64,000 nt of DNA, from assembly GCF_006345805.1 (NCBI RefSeq), contig NC_042998.1, positions 35,464,001-35,528,000 on the forward strand, read 5' to 3'. Shown piece by piece: positions 24,661 through 38,882 of this stretch; the first letter of the stretch is position 1; the number at the start of each line of letters is the position of its first letter. The notes beneath the pieces were generated by a model, which was given only the letters and a program-made list of their open reading frames with translations, ran no database searches and was not told the DNA's origin. The translations under genes and the position numbers were made by a program. This stretch comes from Octopus sinensis. Lineage: Eukaryota.

Positions 24661-24913
24661 TATATTTTTATTATTCTAGTCATTTGACTATGGCCATGCT
24701 TGGGCACCGCCTTGAATGAGTTTTATCCGAAGGGGTTTAAGACGAACAAATAGACTCCAGGATTTATTTTTAAAGCCTAGTACTATTCTTTCTCTTTAGT
24801 GAACCGCTAAGTTACGGGGACGTAAACACATCATCACCGGTTGTTAAGCATTGGTGGGGAACAAGCCCAGACATAGACACACACATAGATATATACATAT
24901 ATACGTATAAATT

Positions 24914-24947
<34 letters not shown>

Positions 24948-24951
24948 CACA

Positions 24952-25470
24952 CGAGCAAAACTCCCTCCCCCCACAGTCAAATGGACGGTGCTGAATAAAA
25001 AGCAATCAGTGTTTTCTTTTCATCAAAAAATAATTAAGCATGCCTTTATTTCAATAAAATTTTCGGTTTTGTTAAACGAAGTTAAGGCAAAAAAAAACTT
25101 TTTGAGAAACCAAATAGTCTTTCCTTCCTTCATGCCAAGTTTGAAGAAAATATCTCTTTTGCATCATACATTTTTTGGTCTCTAAAATATACTGCATTTT
25201 TGGCATTATTTCAAGCCACCCGGCGTGCATTTCCTCGCGTACGCGTAGTATCGATCACAACAGCTGATGTACTTGTGCGTACAAATGCACGTTCGCACGG
25301 CTTTATCGATCGCATTCTCACCTGGAATCAATTTTTGTAATTTTTTCAAGACTTATACGCGCCCTGATACCGTCGGTATCTACATATCTAATTTGAGCGC
25401 AAACCGATGGAGGATGCCCGAGATCCTAGAAGACACACACAAAAACACACAGAACGGATTTTATATAATA
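24952..25470 (-). mobile_element. Non-autonomous Helitron-like element (same family as 63266-63636)
   Basis: Shares both end segments with 63266-63636 (gagcaaaac...atggacggtgctga and tcgatcgcattctcacctggaatc...cagaacggattttatat). Confidence 0.6.
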
Positions 25471-25656
25471 TATGTGTGTGTGTGTGAATACGATGGGGCC
25501 CTTTCATTCCATTTATCATATCCCCACATAAGGCCTTGGCCCGAGGCTATAGTAGAAGAATCTTACCCAAGCTGCCACGCAGTGGAACTGATCTTGGAAT
25601 CATGTGGTTGAAAAGCAAACTTCTTACCATACAGTCACGCCTGCGCTTATAAATAC

Positions 25657-25687
<31 letters not shown>

Positions 25688-25741
25688 CCCATACATACAT
25701 ACATACATGTGTGTGTGTGCGTGTGTGTTTATATATATATG

Positions 25742-25788
<47 letters not shown>

Positions 25789-26733
25789 AAATTAGGGAGT
25801 AAATCCAAACTTACAGGGAAAAATTAGATTTAGGATTAAATCTAATTTTATAGTATAAATATATATATTATATAAATTAGAGATAAAACCACTATTAGGC
25901 AACTCAAACAGTGAAAATCATAAACCAATACATAGAAATAAAATTAATTAATAAAAAATATATAAAATTCAAAAGTTAAAATTTTAAAAATTCTTAATAT
26001 TAATAAGTTTCAAAATATATTCTTTTCTAGAAGGTATTGGAATATCCTTCAAAGATGTCCAAATTTGCCGAGGTTGACTTTGCTTTTCATCCTTTCGGAT
26101 GAAAGGCAAAGTCGACCTCGGCGGAATTTGAACTCAGAAAGTAACGACAGACGAAATACCGCTAATGTATATACAATGTTTATAGTTGATAAAGGTACTA
26201 AATTAAATATGTTATAGAGTAAAGAATTAGGACAGCGTTTACTTCAACAACGCCACAAAATGAGGAAAACTTTTCCAAGAAAAGCAAGAAGGAAGTATGC
26301 AATGGTTTTGTGACCAGGAATTAAAACTTTGGTCTTCATGTTCTTTTCCAAATTCGCCATCTTATGTGAATCTATATAATCCCAAACAATTCTAATTTCG
26401 GTGACTTAATTCGGCTTTAACACGGCTAAGTATTCGCGATACCTGTTAAAAAAAAATTAAAGAAACGGCGAATCTCTTCGGTCGTTCTCGCACAGTTTTA
26501 CCTTTTAGTTACGAAGAGAGTTTTTTACACACGAACACAAACATACAACTCACAAACACATACATAGACACACTCACACCTCACACACAAGCAAACCTCT
26601 TTCTCGCAAGCTTTGCTCCCTTTGCCTTCCTCCTTCTACACACTTAGTGGTGGACTACTATAAGCACTGGACAAGAGATTTTCAATGAAAACAGACTTCA
26701 TTTTCTTCCAACTTGTCACATTAGTGTACTACA

Positions 26734-27365
26734 GCACTCCGTCGGTTACGACGACGAGGGTTCCAGTTGATCAGGTCAACGGAACAGCCTGCTCGTGAAA
26801 TTAGCGTGCAAGTGGCTGAGCACTCCGGAGACAAGTGTAGCCTTAACGTAGTTCTCGGCGATTCAGTGTGACAAGGCTGGCCTTTTGAAATACAGGCACA
26901 ACAGAAACAGGAAGAAAGTGTGAAAGTTGTGGTGAGAGAGTACAGCAGGGATCGCCACCACCCCCTGCCGGAGCTTCGTGTTTTCGCTCAGTAAACACTC
27001 ACAATGCCTGGTCTGGGAATCGAAACCGCGATCCTATGACTGCGAGTCCGCTGCCCTAACCACTGGGTCATTGCACCTCCACAAAGGAGCACTCCGTCAG
27101 TTACGATTAACGGAACAGCTTGCTCGTGAAATTAACGTGCAAGTGGCTGAGTACTCCACAGACACGTGTACCCTTAATGCGTACCTTAATCTCGGGGAGA
27201 TTCAGTGTGACACGGCTGACCCCTTTGAAATACAGGGACAACTCATTTTTGCCAGCTGAATGGACAGGAGCAACGTGAAATAAAGTGTCTTGCTCAACGA
27301 CACAACGCGTCGCCATGAATTGAACCCGCGACCCGAATTCCCTAACCACTAAGCCAGGTGCCTCC
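26734..27365 (-). mobile_element. Two adjacent SINEs sharing the family R tail (R head at 26734-27081, CORE-like body at 27089-27365)
   Basis: Both start on the plus strand with gcactccgtc(g/a)gttacga...acagc.tgctcgtgaaatta. The bodies differ. Confidence 0.8.
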
Positions 27366-27788
27366 ATACAGTTGTGTAATTAACTAACAATTGAATAAGC
27401 ATTATCTTTTGTCAGTTATTCCAAAACATCTCCAGAAATTATTAACTTGTTACATCTCACTTATTACATCTCCACGTGTTGCATCCAACTTGTCACATAT
27501 TGATATATTATGTTTTTCGCATAATTGTTCTTTTATTTAAACATTTGTTTTTTAAAATTAATCTCAGATATTAACAAAATGAATCACGATGGAAAAAGTT
27601 TGAAAACAGCTTTTCTACAAATTACAATCTAAGAAGGCTATATAGTGTGGCTTTAGTTACTATTATCAAAAATAAAACGTTCCTAAATGACTCTAATATA
27701 ATTCTATAAGGTTGTGTTTAACGGGAAACAGCTAGTCTCCTTCCAGTCTTTTTTGACAAATACACAGAATCATAATTTTCAATTTCTG

Positions 27789-28178
27789 AAGGCGGCGAGC
27801 TGGCAGAAAGGTTAGCACGCCGGGCGAAATGCTTTGTGGTACTTCGTCTGCCGTTACGTTCTGAGTTCAAATTCCGCCGAGGTCGACTTTGCCTTTCATC
27901 TTTTCGAGGTCGATTAAATAAGTACCAGTTACGCACTGGGGTCGATGTAATCGACTTTATCCGTTTGTCTGTCCTTGTTTGTCCTTTCTGTGTTTAGTCC
28001 CTTGTCGGTAGTAAAGAAATAGGTATTTCGTTTGTCTTTACGTTCTGAGTTCAAATTCCGCTGAGGTCGACTTTGCCTTTCATCCTTTCGGGGTCGATAA
28101 ATTAAGTACCAGCTGCGTACTGGGGTCGATCTATTCAATTGCCCCCCTCCCCAAAAATTTCGGGCCCTGTACCCTGTA
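27789..28178 (+). mobile_element. SINE family M dimer
   Basis: head-core-tailA|ggtatttcg-core-tailB. Confidence 0.9.
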
Positions 28179-28635
28179 AAAAATAATGTTCAGTCTTTAT
28201 GTTGAGGATCAAAAGTTAGCGGATAAACAAGTCACATGATCAAGTGCCTTGCTTTCTTTATGGCAGTTCTTTTGTAGTAGCGACGCTTCCTTTAAATTAC
28301 ACCATAATTACTCCTTAATAAAGAAGTTATTTAAAAATATATTCAACGCCACCATGAGCGCTACATCATTTGTGTGATGTGGAAAATATTCCATCAATAT
28401 TGCTCAAATGATGTTGGCATCAATTTTAAAATCCACCCAAGACTTGGCCCCATGCTATCCGCCTACTACAAAAATTGAGCTCAAAATACATAACAACATT
28501 ACGTCACAATTACTTTACCTCAACCGGTTCAGCTCTCTTTAATATTATACCAAAATACATCAAAACGAAAGTGGATCCCATAAAATTCAAAAATTCTCTG
28601 GACAAATTTCTCAAAACAAATCCTGGAAGAGTTGG

Positions 28636-29013
28636 GGCTGTGTGGTAAGTAGCTTGCTTACCAACCAAATGGTTCCGTGTTCAGTCCCACTGCACGGTAC
28701 CTTGGGCAAGTGTTTTCTACTATATCCTCAGGCCGACCAAAATCTTGTGAGTGGATTTGGTAGACGGAAACTGAAAGAAGCCCGTCGTATATATATATGT
28801 AAATATGTGTATGTGTATATGTTTGTGTCTGTGTTTGTCCCCCCAACATCGCTTGATAACCAATGTTAGTGTGTTTACGTCCCCGTAGCAGTTCGGTTAA
28901 AGAGAAGGATAGAATAAGCACTAGGCTTACAAATAATGTCCTGAGGTCGATTTGCTCGACTAAAGGCAGTGTTCCAGCATGGCCGCAGTCAAATGACTGA
29001 AACAAATAAAAGA
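28636..29013 (+). mobile_element. SINE family C
   Basis: Full head-to-tail match to the other copies. Confidence 0.85.
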
Positions 29014-29459
29014 ACCTCCTACACCCGGATATGTCTCCAACAACAATAACACTTTGCTAGGGTGGGCCATGGTGCCCCGTATGTAACTAAGGTGTGAATC
29101 ACGATCTAAAAGACTTCACCCGGTGGTGCTATTAAGTTAGACACGGCCTGGGCCTATATGGCCGAAACCTATCTAAGTTATTGTAATACTGGGTTCAAAT
29201 TTTAGCAATGTAGGGGGATAAGATTGGTCAGTTACATTGACCTAAGCGTCCAACTGATACTTATTTTATCGACCCCGAGTGATAAGGCAAAGTCTAATAC
29301 GCAGAATTTGAACTCAGAACAAAAACGTATTTTACCAGGCCTGCTAACGATTCAGCCAGCCCTGCAACCTTTAGTAAAGTGTGACTACACCTAAACTACG
29401 CATAAATAAGGAAGTTATTTATAAGTATACTCATGTAATGTAATATTAGATACATAACT

Positions 29460-29802
29460 GGGCCTCACGGAGGCAAAGCAGCTGAGTTCCTTTCGAGTGT
29501 TGGACCTCACGGAGGCAATGACAGAACTCTGGCATTATGTCGTGCTTGAGAAGAAGGCCTGTCAAGTCGAGCAAAATCGCAGTCGTGGAAGATACCGGTG
29601 TCACGCCAATGGCACCCCTGCCGGTGGCACGTAAAAGTACCCATCACACTCACTGAGTGATTGATGTTAGGAAGGTTATTCAGCCAAAGAAAACCATGCC
29701 AAATCAGAGACTGGAATCTGGTACAACCTTCCAGCTTACCAGCCCCGTCCAACCCATGCCAGAATGAACAATAGACGTTAAATGAGGATGATGATGATGA
29801 TG
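29460..29802 (+). mobile_element. RTE-related non-autonomous repeat 3' part (second copy 52704-52838)
   Basis: gttaggaagg(g)catccagc...ccgtccaacccatgc...gacgttaaatga(tga)n tail shared between the two copies. The RTE link is recalled. Confidence 0.5.
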
Positions 29803-30367
29803 TCTCTGTGGAAAAAAATTAAGATATGGTAGATTAATCAAACAAAAACTGTGTGACCAAAAGTGGCACCAATTCTCGCCGAGGGAGGTTCTTCATAAGA
29901 GCAGTTAGACATTGTAAGATTAAAGAAAACCTGTTTCTTTCTTTGGTAGAACGAAATAGAAACAAAATAACAAAAGCATTAAACATGACTCCTTTTTGAA
30001 AATTCCCGAAGTCGACCTTCTTTCGCAGACAATCACTGTAAAAAAATTTCGATTTTGAATTTCGATTTTTTTTCGTAAAATTAAATGCTCATAATAAGGT
30101 TTCTCATTTAGATAAGTCATTTGATTAGAAGTGTCCGATATTTAATTACGATAACTGGCAAACTAAATGAAAAGTTAAGTAAAATTAAGATATTAGTATG
30201 GCCTATATTTGGTAAAGATTTCTGAAGCCCCGCACACACAAATATATGATGTGTGTGTGTGTGTGAAACTATAGACTTATGGTATTTAATGCAATTAGCA
30301 TTGAATATGTAATTAGAATTGCTTATGTGGTGAAAAAAAGATGGCGTAAGCTTTATTATCATAATTT

Positions 30368-30798
30368 TAGCGGTATTTCATCTGCAGCTACGTTCTGAGT
30401 TCAAATTCCGCCGAGGTCGACTTTTGCCTTTCATCCTTTCGGGGTCGATAACTTAAGTACCAGTGAAACACTGAGATCGATGTAATCGACTTAATCCCTT
30501 CCCTCAAATTTCAGGCCCTGTGCCTATAATAGAAAGGATTATTATTATTATTATTATCATCATCATTATTATTATTAAGGTGGCAAGCTGGCAGAATCAT
30601 TAGCACGCTGGACGAAATGCTTTGCGGTATTTCGTCTGCCGTTACGTTCTAAGTTCAAATTCCGGCGAGGTCTACTTTGCCTTTCATCCTTTCGGAGTCA
30701 ATAAATTAAATACCAGTTACGCACTGTGATCGATGTAATCTACTAGTCCCCGCTCCCAAAATTTCAGGCCTTGTACCTTTAGTAGAAAGGATTATTAT
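30368..30798 (+). mobile_element. Two SINE family M copies (tail B)
   Basis: Cores at ~30420 and ~30675. Both end agaaaggattatt. Confidence 0.8.
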
Positions 30799-32384
30799 TT
30801 TTGAGTGAGAGAGCAGCCCATGCCATCGAAGTGACTCTGCGGTATAAATATACGAAGCCCAGTATACCCATCATGACTGCCCGTCATGCATCACAAACAT
30901 ATGCGCGACATGGTGATCTCCTATCAACATATACCGAGCATGACCTTGCAGGTGGGGCCCAGTTAGAATCTTTCCTCAGGCCGAGTAGCCCATCCCGCTC
31001 AAAAGGTCCCTCCCTGATAAGGGTTACCTAAGGATGTTGAACAAAACACATGTGTTTCCAGAAGCGAATTATTCAAACCTCGAAGAATTCCTCATTGTTA
31101 CTTGACAACCGGTGGTGGTATGTTTACGTCCCTGTAACTAAGTATTGGGGTTGATTTTTTTCGACTAAATCCTTCAAGGCTTTGCTCCAGCATAGCCGCT
31201 GTCTAGTAACTGAAATAAGGTAAAAGATAAGGCAAACGATAAAAGGAAAATTATGAGACAACGAAATTCTAATGTCTGTGTGCATGATCTTGTCTTTTAT
31301 ATTATCAAATTATATGGACAAGATTGAAAGGAGGAGTTAAAGGATATGAGTAAAAAAAGCGAAAGAAATCCAAGAAGAGCCTGTAGAAATATTGAAATGA
31401 CAACCGCACATTCTTACAAGAAAACTAAACAGAATATTGTTAAAATAATTATAAAAATGTTTAACCAGAAGAAAAATTTAAGATTTGGAGTTTCAACAAA
31501 ATATTTCCAAAATCCATGAGAACGAAAGGAAAAGAGAAATGTATATATTGTGAACAGTGGAGCAGATTAAGCTGGATTAGAATAGCGCAGGAGGAAAATG
31601 TATTTTGCTAGTGTTTCTAGGCAAGAAATAAGAAAAATAGGAGGAGAAAATTTTGAAATATATCAAGCAGAATTAGATTTATGTATAGGAAATCTAACAA
31701 TGATTGAAACACACAACAACATAGCAAGACGGAGGCGAAAAGAAAAAGGATCAATAACAAAACAGTGTTACACGAATGTAAAAACAAAGAGATATTAGGA
31801 GAGGACGAGAGACAATATGTACGCATATTACACACACAGATTTCTTTTTATAAACTTATTTGTATATGTAAATTATATGTGCGAGGGTGTATCCATGTTT
31901 GTGTATGCGTGCGTACGTATGTTATGCAATGCGTCACATTTTCGAAGAAATTACGTTTGTTTAAATTCACATCTTTCTCGTTTCTTTTAATGTTTTCTTT
32001 CGAAACAAATCTTCCAACAACTTCTTTACAAACTTCCGCCATTTTGAACATATATTTCTGATATAAAACACAAAGCTTTAGAAAGGAACTGAACGGAATA
32101 TTTGATACAGTATGTCGCAACCGTTACGACACAAACTTAATACAACACCAAAAACAGGAAAAATTTCTCCAGAAAATGTCAAATGTTAAAGTAAAAAATT
32201 TAGGGGAAATATTTTTTTATTATTTAAATCTTTGAAAAGGGTTCTCGGTGGATTATTGATTCTCTGTAATGAATGCCATTGATAAAAAGGTCAGAAGTCG
32301 CTGCACTGTTTAGCTACTTAATCTCTGAGAAGAGGCAGCGAAATTAGGAACAGTGAAATTCTTCGCCCTGACCATATATTAATA

Positions 32385-32610
32385 TTGGTTTCAAATTGTG
32401 GCACAATGCCAGCAATTTCGGGGAAGAGTTAAGTCGATTTCTCAACTGGTACTTATTTTATCGACCTCAATAAGATGAAACACAAAGTTGACCTTGGCGG
32501 AATTTGAACTCAGAACGTAAAGACAGAAGAAATACCTATTTCTTTACTACCCACAAGAGGCTAAACACAGAGAGGACAGACAAACGGATTAAGTCGATTA
32601 TATCGGCCCC
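32385..32610 (-). mobile_element. Truncated SINE family M dimer
   Basis: Junction gaaatacc|tatttcttt at ~32537. Confidence 0.7.
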
Positions 32611-33095
32611 ATGTGGTTGGGGTGAAATGTAGCATACGTAGCCTAACATTGAGCCCCTGGACCCAGCACCCCACCCATGGCAACTGTCCAGTGTACCCCT
32701 GCGTTAAAGTGGTTATATGCCTTTAATGATTGTTCCAGCAAAGCTGACATCAGAACTAAACAACAAAAACGGTAGCAGCAGCAATTCATCCTGAAGAGAT
32801 GGACGTCCACATTTGACTAATGACATTTGAAATAGTATATAGAAGACCTAAACTGGATTTATATTTCTTACATTAACGCCGAACAGATTATTTGTATAGG
32901 AAGGAATGGTGTCGATTAAATTGCCATTCCTGTAGTAATGTTTATATTTTAAAATTTTCATTAGTACAAAAGACCACCAATAGAATTCGAACTCAGAAAA
33001 AAAATCAGAATTCAACACTAACTCGCTATATGTTCTGCCACTTCATTTCAATGCGTACAACTGGCATTGTGTGTCATTATCAATCTCCACGATGA

Positions 33096-33743
33096 AAGGT
33101 GGCGAGCTTGGCCAAGTCGTTAGCACGCTGGACGAAATGCTTAGCTACGTCGGTCGCTACGTCCGTCGCTACATTCTGCGTTCAAATTCCGCCGCGGTCG
33201 ACTTTGCCTTTCATCTTTTCGGAATTGACAAATTAAGTACCAGTTGCGTACTGGGGTCGATCTAATCGACTATTCCCCCTCCCCAAAATTTCGGGCCTTG
33301 TGCTTATAATAGAAAAGATTATTAATCTCCACGATGAAAGGCGACAGGCTGGCAGAAACGTTAGCAAGCTGGGCGAAATGCTTAGCGGTATTTCGTCTGC
33401 CGCTACGTTCTGAGTTCAAATTCCGCCGAGGACGACTTTGCCTTTCATTCTTTTGGGGCCGATAAATTAAGTAACACTAAAATACTGGGGTTGATGTAAT
33501 CGACTCGTCCTCTCCGCAACAATTTCAGACCTTGTGTCTATAGTATAAAGGATTATTGGCAATTTCGGGGGAAGGAGTAAATTACATCAATCCCAATTCT
33601 CAACTGGTATTTATTTCTCGACCCCGAAAGGATGAAAGGCGAAGTCGACGCCTGCGGCATTCAATCTCAGATCATAAATTCGGAATAAATGCCGCTAAGC
33701 ATCTTCTCCGATGCGGTAATGATTCTGTCAGCTTTCTGCCTTA
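33096..33743. mobile_element. Cluster of three SINE M copies (two plus, one minus)
   Basis: aatctccacgatgaaagg precedes both plus copies (TSD-like). The minus copy at 33557-33743 is flanked by aaaggattatt. Confidence 0.8.
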
Positions 33744-34539
33744 GGTAGAAAGGATTATTAGCCAATGCGAAGGCGGGGAGCTTGAAGAAGATTTACGGCG
33801 TCAGGCAAAAAACCGACATAAGTGCCAGTCGTACAGGAGGCAATATAATAGACGAAACCCTCTTTCTCTTAAAAAAAAGGCTGCTGACCCAGTGCCAAAA
33901 TTTGAAACAATTAGTAGGCCTAAATGACAATTTCTGATTTTAATATCTACTTAATGTAGAGAAGAAGTGTATTTGAAGATATTTCCATTAGTTTACCAAT
34001 GTAGAATTAAATGAAAAGATTAAACTCATCAATGTATTTGTTTCGTGTGTAAGGCGATTATATTAATCAGAGCGATTATATGAATCAAAATAGATGTCAG
34101 AAACCATAATAGTTGGCTAGCATCGGCGGCATCGACGGTGGTGTGAATATCAACAAAAACAATATTACAACAACAATAATGTCACAGGACTGTAATTCGT
34201 TTGAAAATTACTTCAAATCCTCATTCTTATCAAATTGTTCGCTTTCGTTCTCGCCTTCACCGCCATCCTGTAGTAAATACCAAGCAGTACTTTGATGATC
34301 TAAAGTGGTGCTATCATCTTCATCATTTCACCACTCTCATCGCTGCCGCCATCATGTCCACTGCTGCCATCGTTATTACTTTCGTTGAAATTTCCATCAA
34401 ACCAACAATCATCACCTCTGTAATCCCCAGACATTCGTCAATCAGTCTTACCTACACCATCAACGATTCTGCCATCGTAATGACACTATTATCACTATCA
34501 CCACCACTACTACTAAATATATTACTACTACCACTAGTA

Positions 34540-34774
34540 GGCGAGCGAGCGAGCTGGCAGAAAGGTTAGCACGCCGGGCAAAATGCGTAGCCGTATTTCG
34601 TCTGCCGTTACGTTCTGAGTTCAAATTCCGCCGAGGTCGACTTTGCCTTTCATCCTTTCGGGGTCGATAAATTAAGTACCAGTTGTGCACTGGGGTCGAT
34701 GTAATCGATTTAATCCCTTTGTCCGTCCTTGTTTGTCCCCTCTGTGTTTAGCCCCTTGTGAGCAATAAAGAAAT
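34540..34774 (+). mobile_element. SINE family M monomer (tail A) with ~20-bp TSD
   Basis: atatattactactaccacta on both flanks. Confidence 0.9.
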
Positions 34775-37546
34775 ATATATTACTACTACCACTACCATCA
34801 ATAGCAACAACGAGTGTTTCTCGACATTGGCTGTGTGATAAAGAAGTTTTCTTCCCAGCCACATGGATCTGAGTTCAATCCCACTGCGTGGCACTTATGG
34901 CAAGTGTCTTCTACTACAGACTCGAGCCAGCCAAAGACTTGTGAGGGGATTTGGTACACGGAAACTGAAAGAAGCCTATTGTATATATGTATGTATATCT
35001 GTGTGTTTTTGTGTCTGTGTTTTCCTCTACTACCGCTTGACTACCGGTGTTTGTTTGTTTATATCCCCATAACTTAGCGATTCTGCAAAAGAGTATTCTA
35101 CTGAATCTCTTCGTCTAATCCACTCGCTTGACAAAATCTCATCAAGTCAAGCCGTTACTTTACTTTAGTAATGTGGAGGTTTCTATTTGAGAAAAGAACG
35201 GGTAGATACAAGAGAATCAGGAATGCCGCATCTCAAATACGGTATCTTTGAGCGCAAAAGAGTTTTACAAAGAATTCGAACAATCAAAGTCAAAAACAAA
35301 TTTCCGTCAAGGTCGACTTTACCGTCTCAAATAAAATAAAATAACAAATATAAAATCAATCATGTGTTTTAACTTACTAGGAACAATCATTTTTATTTGT
35401 ATATTATTATATGCGATGAATATCCTCAACAAATCACAAAGATCTTGGCACATTATACTTCATTTTTGGAATTTGATCAAGACTTATAGGTACTTCCTTA
35501 AGTCTAATAATTCGAACATAATTAAAACACCCAGGATCTCTTCTTAATGATGATCAACTATATAATGTTATCGTCACAGCCCATTCATTCATGATAATTA
35601 TTTTTCTTGTTATACCCGTTATAATCGGAGGATTATATATTTATTTTATTTGCCGCTCCCACAAAATTTCAGGCCCTGTGCTTGTAGTAGAAAGGATTAT
35701 TATATTTATAATCAAAATATTCATCACACAAGCATTATAATTTTCTTTGTCCGAAAAGCAGGAAGAACAGCCAAACAAAACAGTGTGGATGTTTCTGCTT
35801 CAAATATAGTTAATTACCCTATATACATACAACCGTGGGCACGTACATAACACACGTATTTACAAACCCATATGTGCATATATCCATATATGCACAAATA
35901 TAAACACGTACATCCTAATATACATGTACCTGTATGCACGCATTTGTATATACAGAGGGCGCTAATGATTGTATACATATATATAGATAATTATTACGGT
36001 GAAAAATTTAAATAATGATGAATAAAGCTTGTATGGTTTATGCCTTGAACGATAAGGGTAATGGATCGGGAAAACACATAAAATGCAAAATATGCTGTGG
36101 GGAAAATTGTATGAACAAAATTCGACAATCGAGAAAAGACACACATAAAGTGTCCAACAAAGACTGGATTATTTTAAAAGATCGATATTTGATTGGCAAA
36201 GTTTATATGGAGCAACCAACCTGTTTTTGACGTTTATCGTCTGCTTTTGTCATTTGTCTTTTCTTACTGTTTTCCGGACAAAGAACATTTTTTATGTCTG
36301 TGTGATTAATATTTTCATTAATAATACATTATAATATAATATAATAATATATATCATAATATATAGATAGATAATATATTTTTTCTCTGTGCTTTTTTCG
36401 GGCCTTCTACACATTTTTTTTGCAAACTGAATATGGTTTGTCTTTTAGTGTGTGTGTGTTTCTTCGAGCCTTGCATTTTCATTACTATCTAATTTGGTTT
36501 ATTTAATATCCACTCAATGTTTTGTTTTGCCCTTCTGTTTATTGAAATCATCATTCTAACATTGTTTGTTATCAAATTACCTCTTCTCCCAGCCCTTAGC
36601 TGCAGGTTATAAATGATACTTGAATTTCAACGTTATGCAGCCATCTTGTGCTTCTTGCTTCCTTCCCTCTCTCTTCTAATTTATAACTTTAGTATTAACT
36701 TGTTACCGGTTCAACTATGCGTGAGGCATATTCGAACCCGTAAGAAAGCCATTCATTGTGTTTTGTCATGGGCAAAATTTCTTGCTGTAAACAAATAGGT
36801 GTAAATACACCGACTCGGCTCACAGCGTCCCCTATCCAGACTGTTAGATGCATACATTTCGGAGTGGTTATCTCTTCTTCAGCAAACGAGACCGGAAAAG
36901 CAGACGCTGCGAGCTGGCACGAGAGACGGCTATCCTTACGATATTCCCGCCATAAATAGTTGCACTTTAATATATTTCTTTCCATAGCGGCGAACTGGTA
37001 GAATCATTAAGCAATCGATTTAAACCCTTTCTCGAAATTGCTGGCCTTGTGCCAAAATTCGAGACTAATATTATATTTCTTTTCTCCCTCTTCTTTCTCT
37101 CACATAGCGGTTTGTTATTTTAATTCGTCCTTTTCTTCTTTTCCTTTAGTTTATCATTAGTAATTTTTCTGTAGCATTCATTCGCCCTTATTTCGATTTT
37201 TTGGCTTAATTCAATCATATTCTATTTTAGTCACTTGCAATATCTTATTTCAGACAATGTCTATCGTATTCTATATATTTAATTATATTAAATTATATGT
37301 GTGTGAGTGTGTACATATATGTATGCATAAGAATGTATGTGTGTGGGTGCGTATAAATGCAAACACACACATGCATTTTTGTGAAGGTGTATGGTCTAGT
37401 TGTCAGGACATACCAGTAACATCAGTGGGTCAGCCGTATAACGGACCAGTGTTTCGTTCAGGGAATAACCGTGAGCTTGCAGCCTAAACGCCTTGAAAAT
37501 TTGGATGACATCAGACTTCATGAACCTGTACACTCGAGGAGGCATG

Positions 37547-37612
<66 letters not shown>

Positions 37613-38064
37613 TATGTGAAAGTGCGCGGTTTACTTGTTGGGTGTGTTCCGCTCATGAACTTAAGATTGTGGTTTCCGTTCCTAGACTGGGCGATGCGTT
37701 CTAGAGCAAAGCACTTCATTTCACGTTGTTTCAATCCATTCAGCTGGCAAAAGTGAGCAATCTTCCGACAGACTGGCGTCCTGCCCTGGGGAAGATCATA
37801 TGCCACAGTATTCGGGAAGCCTGTGACACGGGAAAAGACCACTGATCCTTATATAAATAAATATGTGCGTGTGTGTGTTCAAAACTATGCAAAAGACAGA
37901 GGCAGGTAAAGGAACAACAAACAAGATTTTTGACGCTCAGGAAAAAATAAAAAATCTTCGACGTTTCGAGCCTACGCCCTTCTACAGAAAGGAAACGGGG
38001 GAAGAGAGGAAAAAAATGAAGAGAAAAAATACATTTAGATTAACGGTTGAAAAATGTTGAATTT

Positions 38065-38106
<42 letters not shown>

Positions 38107-38462
38107 TATATATATATACATACATACACACATTGAGAGAGAGATTAGTTATAGGATTCAGTAGCCTCTGCCACATCAAATATGTAGGACGGCAGAAATG
38201 GCTAGGTAACATAGCATAGGGTTCACAGTGAGGTGAAACAACCATGAAGGTATCGAGTGTTGGTAGGGTATGCATAGTTACCTCGGTTCCCTTGGTACAT
38301 ATTATAAGATGAGAAATACACGGGATGAAATACTCCGAAAAATCTTTCTAAGTAAAGTCTACTTTGAAAAATTTTTGATATTCTCCTGACATATTTGCTC
38401 ATTCAAAACGTCTTTACTTTACAATTCCTGCTTTAATTTTTTTACAGCAATGGTAAAACGGT

Positions 38463-38682
38463 ACTCTTTTACTTGTTTCAGTCATTTGACTGTGGCCATG
38501 CTGGAGCACCGCCTTTTAGTCGAGCACATCGACCCCAGGACTTATTCTTTGTAAGCCTTGTACTTATTCTATCGGTCTCTTTTTGCCGAACCGCTAAGTT
38601 ACGGGGACTTAAACACACCAGCATCGGTTGTCAAGCGATGTTGGGGAGACACAGACACACAAACATATACACACACGTACAT

Positions 38683-38717
<35 letters not shown>

Positions 38718-38882
38718 AATGACGGGCTTCTTTCAGTTTCCGTCTACCAAATCCACTCACAAGGCTTTGGTCGGTCCGAGGCTATAGTAGAAGACACTTG
38801 CCCAAGGTGCCACGCAGTGGGACTGAACCCGGAACTATGTGGTTGGGAAGCAAGCAACTTACCACACAGCCACTCCTACGCT
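38463..38882 (-). mobile_element. SINE family C
   Basis: Full-length reverse-complement match. Confidence 0.85.

Noticed and set aside
31250-31800. Purine-rich stretch resembling decayed coding sequence
   Set aside because: Stops in all frames and no motif I can identify.
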